Shown here piece by piece: positions 1 to 8,200 of a DNA stretch of 64,000 bases. Source of the stretch: a virus. The notes beneath the pieces were generated by a model. That model saw only the letters and a list, made by a program, of their open reading frames with translations, had not been told where the DNA came from and searched no databases. Within the stretch, counting starts at the first letter, position 1. Each line of letters begins with the position of its first letter. The DNA is taken from the IMG/VR virus record IMGVR_UViG_3300044974_000943. One strand, 5' to 3'. The position numbers and the translations under genes are program-made.

Positions 1-293
1 GCAATCCAGATTATATTTCCACCGTTGAGGTAGCGATGCCAAACTTGCACATGATTAACTTGAAAACGCTCGTAAGCGCCACAGTCTTCGAGAGTGCATT
101 CTGATAATGGAGGTGTGATTCTAGTCATGTTAGTTTTCCCAAGGTCTTTTCATAGTTGCGAAATCCCCTTTTATGGGGCGGTCAATGTAATTGCGTAGAC
201 TGTTTAAAACTTTTTTGTGATATTCGATTGGGTCAGGCGCTGAAGCGGCAATCAGCGCCATTAATTTATCGTAGTTAGGTGTTGAGTTGTGTG

Positions 294-773
294 TCATGGT
301 TTTTTAAAATATTTAACTCGGTTGGAAGGGTAAGTCTTCAGTGTGTAACCGTTACCTAAAAGTAGCTCTGCAATTTCTTCTTTTGACCAGTTTAAGCTGG
401 GTATTGCTTTCTTGACATCTGCCGTAGTGAATAATCTGTTGAAACTATAGGCAACATTTAAAATACCTTGAGTCTCTATTTCGGCTGGTACAAAATCAAT
501 TGGGGTAGGGAAAACTTCTTCTTGGTAAGTAAGCAATTCTTGCAATACATGAACATTATAGACAAACCACTCACCAGAGACTCTAGAGCCAGCCAACCTT
601 TGATGCAATAATTTCTCATCTTCAATACCACCTTTGAAAGTAAAAAGTAAGTCCAGTCGGTCAGTAGTCCCACATTGCAAAGTTGCCAAACGTTTTAATG
701 GGTCAGTTGCATATCCAATCTTGACCTCGTTTTTATTAGGGCAGTGAATAGCATAAATGAATGTCTGTGCCAT
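294..773 (-). CDS. T5orf172/MUG113-type GIY-YIG protein with C-terminal wHTH-like tail
   Basis: FIYAI..KIGYAT.P..RL..LQ...E..LH..LA..RVSGEWF motif; start moved to MAQTF at 773 because paralog 34087..34626 starts identically. Confidence 0.8.
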   Translation of the reverse strand: MAQTFIYAIHCPNKNEVKIGYATDPLKRLATLQCGTTDRLDLLFTFKGGIEDEKLLHQRLAGSRVSGEWFVYNVHVLQELLTYQEEVFPTPIDFVPAEIETQGILNVAYSFNRLFTTADVKKAIPSLNWSKEEIAELLLGNGYTLKTYPSNRVKYFKKP

Positions 774-774
774 G

Positions 775-1467
775 TTATTTAATTTTCTCAAAAAATATAA
801 CTCTAGAAGCATCGGTCTTTTGCTCGTAGCCTAAATCTTGCATTACATCCTTAATAACTTTGGGAGTAATTTCTGGACAGTCTTCACAAGCAGCTTTCAA
901 GTTCTTAAAATAGATTCTTGTACGCTTTTTAGTTTTAGTGTTGGCTAAAGTCTCTTCACAGTAATCTTCTAGGAAATCTCGAATAGCGAAGTTCTGTTTT
1001 TTCTTGATTGCAAAGTAACGCTTGATACCACTGAGAAGTACAGAAAAAGGAATGTGATTAGTCCCAAAGTATTCCTCAAGACTCAGAGATAAAAATGCAA
1101 TTTCTTCAGAGTCAGCTTCTAGGGGCAATTCTTTAAAAGTGATGGACTTTTTTTCAAAATCGTAGTCAAAGTTAACAAGTAGGTGGGGCGCAGTAGTAAA
1201 AAATCTAGCTAGCTTAGTCTCAGAGATTTTCTTGTCGGTAGATAACTCTACCAAGAGCTTTTGTGTTTCTTTTTGCTGTTTGTTAACTTCATCGAGGGTG
1301 TTTTGAAGTCCTTGAAGCATATCTACAGTCTGAGCGTGTTGTTTTGCAAGTAACAAGGCACTGATTTTGTAATTGTCTGGGGTAAACAACTCTGCAATCT
1401 CATAAGGCTCTAGCGGTCGTTCTGCTAGCTTTAATTTTAGTAAGTCTTCGGGGTTTGCTGATTTCAT
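775..1467 (-). CDS. Putative DNA-binding protein: coiled coil, VirE-N-like helical region, C-terminal wHTH-like domain; no ATPase
   Basis: Paralog of 34632..35330; FAIRDFLE and ITPKVIKDVMQDLGYEQK..RVIFF resemble the segments flanking the ATPase of VirE-type proteins (recalled). Confidence 0.45.
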   Translation of the reverse strand: MKSANPEDLLKLKLAERPLEPYEIAELFTPDNYKISALLLAKQHAQTVDMLQGLQNTLDEVNKQQKETQKLLVELSTDKKISETKLARFFTTAPHLLVNFDYDFEKKSITFKELPLEADSEEIAFLSLSLEEYFGTNHIPFSVLLSGIKRYFAIKKKQNFAIRDFLEDYCEETLANTKTKKRTRIYFKNLKAACEDCPEITPKVIKDVMQDLGYEQKTDASRVIFFEKIK

Positions 1468-1489
1468 GTACTTTAATAGTCTTTTTATT

Positions 1490-1500
1490 ATAATAGCACA
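1490..1500 (-). promoter_or_regulatory. Extended -10 promoter TGTGC-TATTAT
   Basis: Similar motifs TGTGCTATAGT (27422-27432) and TATGCTATAGT (35366-35376) lie upstream of other minus-strand genes. Confidence 0.55.
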
Positions 1501-1518
1501 CTATTTTTGCATCACTTT

Positions 1519-1629
1519 TGCTAGGTTATCTATGCAGACTATTTGCAGGGTTTCTCGGCTTGTAATTATTACTTACCGTTTTACTGCTAGGTTATTTTAG
1601 TGATTTGCTAAAAATATTTGCAGACTATT
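1519..1629. repeat. Short direct repeats TGCTAGGTTAT x2 and TGCAGACTATT x2 (iteron-like)
   Basis: 1519-1529 and 1585-1595; 1533-1543 and 1619-1629; AT-rich noncoding gap. Confidence 0.7.
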
Positions 1630-1714
1630 AGAGGCTTGAAACAACGTAGTCTCGTAGAAAGTAATAGCAAAAGTACCCTTCCTAATACTTCTAATCCTCC
1701 TCCTAGAACAATCT

Positions 1715-1746
1715 CCTCTTCACAGCCCTTCGGCGACTGAGAATAC
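1715..1746. repeat. Dispersed conserved ~31-bp motif, copy 1
   Basis: cctcttcacagcccttcggcgactgagaatac vs cctcttcacagcccatcggcgcatgagatac at 35567-35597. Confidence 0.85.
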
Positions 1747-1777
1747 AAGAAACCCCCAGTCATTACAACCAGAGGTT
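1747..1777 (-). terminator. Possible intrinsic terminator after 1807..2328
   Basis: Minus strand aacctctggtt-gtaat-gactgggggtt hairpin (G-U rich) followed by a weak U-tract. Confidence 0.4.
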
Positions 1778-1806
1778 ACACATCGAGCATACAAACTAGC
1801 GATTAA

Positions 1807-2328
1807 CTACACTGCAAACTCTTCTTCAGTAATAGTCTCCTCATCATCTTCACCTTCTTCATCTTCGTACTCGACATCCTCACCATAAAGTGACTCGTAC
1901 AAGTCCTCAACGTACAATTCGACAAGCTCCTCATCATATTCAGCATCAGGGGGTGTAAACTCGATGCCATAAGTATATGTAGCACCTTCTTCAGAGACAA
2001 CAGTACGAGAGACTGTAATCGACGTATCGGACGACGTAACTTCAGCATTTTCGTATTCTTCACGTAATGCTTCGGCTGCTTCAACAAATTTAGAGATTGG
2101 GTAGGTCATATTGGTTGTTTTGGGTAATGTTGTGGGAAATTCAGCAGGTGCAATCTTAAAAGTTTCAGCTTTCACATAATCGTAAATAGCTTCGCCAGTC
2201 AAACCTAGTTCGAGAGCTTCTTTTCCGAATCTTTCAATATCGGAGTTCAAAGAGTAGTCAGCAAAGAACTGAGAGCCACTATCGGAAGTGACTTTCAGCA
2301 TTAGACCAGAGTTGTAAGGTAATGGCAT
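1807..2328 (-). CDS. Highly acidic hypothetical protein; C-terminal half paralogous to 26290..26565
   Basis: ITVSRTVVSEEGATYTYGIEFTP vs IRLTRKVRTTDGKTYNLQITYTP; poly-E/D tail. Confidence 0.75.
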   Translation of the reverse strand: MPLPYNSGLMLKVTSDSGSQFFADYSLNSDIERFGKEALELGLTGEAIYDYVKAETFKIAPAEFPTTLPKTTNMTYPISKFVEAAEALREEYENAEVTSSDTSITVSRTVVSEEGATYTYGIEFTPPDAEYDEELVELYVEDLYESLYGEDVEYEDEEGEDDEETITEEEFAV

Positions 2329-2353
2329 AACTTATTGATGTATGTTTAGGTTG

Positions 2354-2770
2354 TTAGATTCCGAGAAATTTACCGTAGTGATGCTCAACAAGCAAGCACA
2401 AGTATTCTAAGAGATTGTCGAGCGTGTCTTTAGAGTCTTTTTTCAGTAACTCTTTAAACCCGACTGAACACCAGATTGGGTTATCAGCAATATCTGTCTT
2501 GTGAGCCAGACCTTTTATAGTCAGAATTTCTTCTGCTGTAACGTGAAACCACTCGTTGAAGTAAGGAAACAGTGCTGCAATTTCCTCTGGTGTACCAAAA
2601 ATCTTCTGATAAAAGACAATTTCAGCTTTGTTGGGTTCAGTACGAGGTTGGGCATGGAACTCCATCAATTGTGGACGGTCGAGCCTTACAATGACAGATT
2701 TGTTAGCTTCACTAATCTCTACGTGGAGGTAATATGGTCTAGTTGTTTTGTGTGGCATATATAGTGGCAT
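2354..2770 (-). CDS. Hypothetical protein
   Basis: ORF; ATG at 2770 lies downstream of a TGTGT-TATTAT -10-like box. Confidence 0.65.
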   Translation of the reverse strand: MPLYMPHKTTRPYYLHVEISEANKSVIVRLDRPQLMEFHAQPRTEPNKAEIVFYQKIFGTPEEIAALFPYFNEWFHVTAEEILTIKGLAHKTDIADNPIWCSVGFKELLKKDSKDTLDNLLEYLCLLVEHHYGKFLGI

Positions 2771-2851
2771 AATAGTTGCATATACATAATAACACAACTC
2801 GCTGTCGCTCGTTTGGCAGAAAAGAAATCTGAGACAAGGTATAATAATGAG

Positions 2852-3022
2852 ATGACTCAAGACATCAACTACACCGAGGCGCTAGCCGCTATCAAGCAAG
2901 GGCTGCAAAACGTGGTTCCGCGAGTCGTCCAAGAAGGAAATCGGGTAAAACTCACACAAGGTAGTGAGACGTTCACTTTCAATATAGCTACGCCTGTAAC
3001 AAACACAACGGTTATGAAATAA
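2852..3022 (+). CDS. Small hypothetical protein, probably leaderless; first gene of a structural operon
   Basis: AGG-TATAAT(2840-2845)-N6-ATG(2852). Confidence 0.65.
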   Translation: MTQDINYTEALAAIKQGLQNVVPRVVQEGNRVKLTQGSETFTFNIATPVTNTTVMK

Positions 3023-3026
3023 AACT

Positions 3027-3572
3027 ATGCAACACTTCGCAGACTTTGGGTACGTTAGACAAGCTAATAAACAACTGAAGCGATTGTACGATTTACAAGG
3101 CACAAAGATAGCGATACCTGATAAATCGAGACTAAACCCTGCCACTTTAGAAACAGGATTAGGAAATATCTCTGGCAATCTAACAAAAGATTTTGATAAA
3201 GGTCTTATAAATACAATCCCAAAAAATACCTTAAACCAAGTTAATCTGCAATTAGAAGAAAAATTAAGTAGGAAAAGAGCTATTAGACAATCAGGATTAG
3301 ATAAACAAGACCCTTTAAGTAGACCTATTAGACATAGCTACAACGAATACGATGCACCAGCCGTACTCCCTAAAACTGGTTGGTCTGATATTCGTAAAAC
3401 TGATGACCGAGCAGCTAGTCCTACGGGATATCTTGGATTCCGTACCGACCCTTACAAGGGATATGGAGGTATGATGGAAGAGCCTATACCTAAACCAGAC
3501 TTATATCCTGATGGTATGCCTCAGACTGTTAAAAAATACGCCAGCAGACTGAGCAGAAAAGAGGTTAATTAA
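3027..3572 (+). CDS. Hypothetical basic protein with MQHFADF N-terminal tag (candidate internal virion protein)
   Basis: N-terminus nearly identical to 53987..54370 (MQHFANF). Confidence 0.7.
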   Translation: MQHFADFGYVRQANKQLKRLYDLQGTKIAIPDKSRLNPATLETGLGNISGNLTKDFDKGLINTIPKNTLNQVNLQLEEKLSRKRAIRQSGLDKQDPLSRPIRHSYNEYDAPAVLPKTGWSDIRKTDDRAASPTGYLGFRTDPYKGYGGMMEEPIPKPDLYPDGMPQTVKKYASRLSRKEVN

Positions 3573-5182
3573 TGAAGACAACCTACGCAGCGTCAAAAAC
3601 CCTACCTGTACCAACCATCACTACTACATCTGGTGGGAGCATCTCAGCAAACACGTACTACTTTTTTTTAGTTAGGCGAAATCGCGCTGGGTATACTAAC
3701 CCGTCACCCGTAAAATCTCTCGCAGTGAGCGCAAGCGGTAGTGTAACAATCGACGCAAGCAACTTTAACACACTCAGCTACGAAGACATTCATGAAACCC
3801 TCATCTCTGTATCAACTACAAACTCATACACCTCTTCTCGAATCATCTACCGCTTTAATCACTTTGCCGCAGACTACATAACCCCAATCACTCCAGCTAA
3901 CGTAGTAATCACGGCTAACGCCACTTTAAACAGTCCGACGAGCTATTCTAACCCCGCAGACATCAGCGCCCTCACAGGTCTATTAACTGGCTTTAGGGTA
4001 CTTCTCAACGGGTCGGGTTTTGTGTACGAATTTATTAGCGGTTCAGTATCTCCCGTAGACAATATTACCGTGTTAGCGCACAATAGCGGTCGCTGGTTCA
4101 AAACTAGAGAAGCAAGCCTATACGAAACCACTGCGTTAGCCGAAATTGACGTAATTAGCGCTGACCAAGACACATTACTTGTTGCCCCACTCGAAAACAT
4201 CAATTCCATTCCAGTCCCTATCAAATACTGGATTGTGAACGACACTGGCGGTACTTTGACGGGTTTACGTCTCAATCTAAGCGAATACACCTCTGACCCA
4301 GCTATACGGCTCGTCTTTGGTGTCAAGATTATTGGATACTTAAACCTCACCTCTTTCGCCTTGGATACAACTGGTATCGACAACCTTGGAGTGGTGCAAG
4401 AGTACCCCACGCTTGATATTGCGTTCAACAAGGGCATCCCCGATGGTTCGGCTGTAGTCCTAGAAGTGTCGCCTACGTCTCAACTTCTAGATGGTATTTC
4501 GGCTAAGACCTTCATCAGTATCTACCCCAAGCTGGTCAATTACGCGCTTCTACAAGACCTTCTTTTCTGGGACGCGCCAGTGGACAACATTGCGGCGCTC
4601 AAGAGCTTGAACTCAGTTCAATATAAATCTGGTCAAGTGCGTTTGGTTGAATCGGTCAATAGACCTTACAAGTACGATGCTGCATCCACTGCGTCCGACA
4701 ACGGTGACACAGTTCTGATTCCTAATACCAATCCTGCAACTGGGAGGTGGGTCGTTTTTAATCCTGCACTGCCCGACGGAAGCGTTGGACTGGCAAAGCT
4801 ATCTAACGAAGTGATAACGGCTCTTGGCGACCAAATAAAGACCAACACCGTGATAATATCCTCACCGACAAACTACACAATTGACCTTGATGCTGATTAC
4901 GACTACTTAATATTAAAAACTCCAGTTGCAGATATAAGCAACACCATCACTAACATTAACTTTACCGCTACACTTGCTAATAATCAAACTAAAGCACTCA
5001 TTGTTGAATTGGTACAGAATACAGGTGCGGTAGCTTTTGACAACAGCATACTATTTCCTAGTGGGACAACTCCAGTTTTGTCGGGAAATGGCAAATCTGA
5101 CATCATACTTTTTTCAGCCCGTAAGGATAGTGTTGGAGTGGTAAAGAAGCGTGGTAAGATTGCTACTACTGATGCAGGGTAG
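3572..5182 (+). CDS. Tail fibre or virion structural protein with two ..GRW modules
   Basis: T/S/N-rich beta protein; YKYDAASTASDNGDTVLIP..GRW; C-terminal beta-sandwich. Confidence 0.65.
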   Translation: MKTTYAASKTLPVPTITTTSGGSISANTYYFFLVRRNRAGYTNPSPVKSLAVSASGSVTIDASNFNTLSYEDIHETLISVSTTNSYTSSRIIYRFNHFAADYITPITPANVVITANATLNSPTSYSNPADISALTGLLTGFRVLLNGSGFVYEFISGSVSPVDNITVLAHNSGRWFKTREASLYETTALAEIDVISADQDTLLVAPLENINSIPVPIKYWIVNDTGGTLTGLRLNLSEYTSDPAIRLVFGVKIIGYLNLTSFALDTTGIDNLGVVQEYPTLDIAFNKGIPDGSAVVLEVSPTSQLLDGISAKTFISIYPKLVNYALLQDLLFWDAPVDNIAALKSLNSVQYKSGQVRLVESVNRPYKYDAASTASDNGDTVLIPNTNPATGRWVVFNPALPDGSVGLAKLSNEVITALGDQIKTNTVIISSPTNYTIDLDADYDYLILKTPVADISNTITNINFTATLANNQTKALIVELVQNTGAVAFDNSILFPSGTTPVLSGNGKSDIILFSARKDSVGVVKKRGKIATTDAG

Positions 5183-5237
5183 CTCACTGGCGTTCGTAGA
5201 CAGAAAGAAATGAGCGTAAGCGAATAAAAGGAAGGTA

Positions 5238-8200
5238 ATGGAAGGAAAGACTCTAGCAAAATACCTAGCAAGCGCTGATGCCACGAACTCTGTGGTCGAG
5301 GACGTATATTTCAATGACGTTATCTTGCTCATTTCAGGAAGCGCAAGCGATAACAGTCGAGGTCTACCATTTAGCCGCGATTATTCACGTTTTCAGCGCC
5401 ATGTCAAAAATTTCACTGGAACAAGCATCGATTCCGCAATAAATTACCCAACCACAGGAATACCGACTCTTGCAGGTGTCAGTTCATGTCTACGCATCCC
5501 AAACGCAATAAATCGTATCAGTAGGGCTGCGGAACTTAATCTAGGGCAAGGTGAATCGTTAGTCAAGCCAAGCTACTGTGATGTGCAACTAAGTGGATAT
5601 TCTGAGGGGTTTAGTTTAGGTACGGATAATTTCACTATTGACTTGTCTTTTTATGTAGACACAATTTACCCAGTTCAAACTGTTTTTGGTATGGGGGCTT
5701 GTATACAAATCAATGCAGGTGATTACAGGCAAACACCAAGTATTTCAAGCTCCAACAACAGTACGAACGGCTACGGACTATTTTTACTGAACACAGACCT
5801 TTATTTCTACTCTAAAGGTGCGACCTTCAAAATAAACACCTCACCAATAGCCGTCAATCAGTTTTACACAGTCGCAATTGTCAGGGAAGCTAATCAACTA
5901 AAAACTTACATCAATTTCACACAAACAAACAGCTACACTTTTTCCTACAACTTAACTTTCAATGCTGCTGACAACGCTGACACTGCGCTAACAAGGCTTT
6001 CTTTGGGAGCGCCACTTCTTGCTGACTCACTGATTGGCTTTATCTCAACCAATATGATTGATGCAAGTTTTAGTGGCGGCATCTCCAACTTCAGAATCAC
6101 CAAAACTGTCTCAAGATACTCCTCTTCTTTCTACAATTACACCCTACCACTGCCAAAAAACGCTGTAGCCAATAGGATTGATGCTAGTTACGCAGCTACG
6201 CTCTTCAATTTCCCTCTACAGTTTGATGCCTATAACTATGCACCAAATTTCAAGCGACTTAGTAATGCAGAGCTACGCAAAAAAGTACCAAACTTCAATA
6301 GCGGCTTCTTAGAACTTGAAGGCAACACCACTTACACCTCTGAGCAGATTACGACCAATTTATCTACTTCCCGATGGACTATGGAGCTTTATCTTGGTCT
6401 TTTTGAGAATAATGCTGGTCTTTTGCAGAACAAAACTTTAGAAGAATGGCTAAGTCTCAATATTTCAGATACAGATGGTGTTGAGAAGGTTAATCTGCTG
6501 TCGCTCACCTCTAATAACAAACTAGTTGCCAGCATTGACTTTAGCTTTTACTCTGACTTACAATATATTCACAGAAGGCTTGGGGCATATCTCAGCTTTA
6601 GTTGCAGCGAAGATGGCATTAATTGGAAGACTTTTAGCTCTGAAACTGGCAACTTAGTAACTCGATGGGGCGGTACTTTGACCGATTACGTTTTACCTAG
6701 CACAGACATTCTTTTCTACAACAATGGCTCCATCAACTCCAATATCACTACCAGCACAGTAAAAATTGCATCGGTTTTTGGCGAACCTAACACTCATTTA
6801 GCTGTTTCAAGGGAAGACGGCTTTTTGTACTTCTATATCAACGGAGTTAATGTAAAAACGGTTGCCTACGCTGGCACTCTGTATCAAGAGACAAACAAAC
6901 TCGAACTTAAATTTGGCAGTCTGTATCAGCCTTGGGTATCATCTAGTGGAGGGGCTACAAGAACTTTAGGTGTTAAGGGTTTGCGCGTCACCAATGCCAA
7001 CCGCTTTGTAAGTTCGACCGTCCCTAACGACTATTTCTATAATCACTGCCTACAACCTCTACCTTTGACAACTAACGTGCTAACTCACCCCAAAGCACGA
7101 ATTTTGGCTATTGTTACTGTCGTCACTACCCCATCTATTAGCACCAGCACTTGTCAGTGGTATGTTTACCTTGCACAAGCAGTTGATAACTTGGTTCTTG
7201 CGGATTTTAGCCTTTCTCAGATAGAAGGTGTAGCTGGCGCGGCACTGACTACCATTGTCAAAAATAACGAGCTTGAGTACGTTGTTACAGCCACAACTGG
7301 AACTGGTAATGGCAAACTAGGCTTAAATTTTGTAGATAGGAGAACGGTCAGATATAAAGGCATCTCAACACTTATATCGAATTACACAGGTGAGTTAAGC
7401 TTTGAAGGTCAATCGTATGTCATCAACAAAAATGCGCCTGTACCCACCATAACAAGCGGTTCAAGCCCTTACATTAACGAAGCTTTCAGTTGCACAATTA
7501 CTTGGGATGCAGCTATCACTACGTTCGACATTAGCAAAATAGGTGTTTCAAATGGCGTTTTGTCCAACCTAAATTTGATTGACGAGTTGAAGCAGACTTA
7601 CCAATTCAACATAACTCCCGAAAAACAAGGTGTGGTGTATGTTCAGGCGCTAGAAGGTGCTGGTATAACGGACTCTAACATTAGCTCATCAAAAAGTAAC
7701 TTGCTTGCACGGATTTATGCTGAATCTTTCCCAATTTTGCAACTACCTTTTCAGTTATCAACCACAATCAATGATGTTTCACCAAACCAATATCAACTAG
7801 CTGAAATAGTCACCAACAACACGTTATTTTCTTCTACGGTATTTCCTATAGGTACAGATAGTTCTTTGGCGGTAGTGCCTCAATTAGAGCAGTCTGGATT
7901 GACTTATGATAATTTTGAAGCCATTGGTCAAAGTTCATCGTTAGTGCTTACTGGGGATTGGACTATTGAATTTCACTATCGCGGCAACACTTTTAGCCCT
8001 CAGAATACAGCTCATCTCTTTTCTGTCGAGAAGTCTGGTTTTGGTTTTGCAGTTCTAGCGGTTAATGGCAACATAGTCATGGCTCGAAGCATCGACTTAC
8101 CTACTAGCTTGTTCTCTGGGGTTACTTTAGCTGAGACAGACGTATTTTCAGGTAACAATCCAGTTTATCCAGCATACGAGAATGGAGCATACACCTTACA

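Noticed and set aside
5172-5237. Micro-ORF MQGSSLAFVDRKK resembling the start of ORF 5238 (MEGKTLA)
   Set aside because: Only 13 codons; the similarity may be chance
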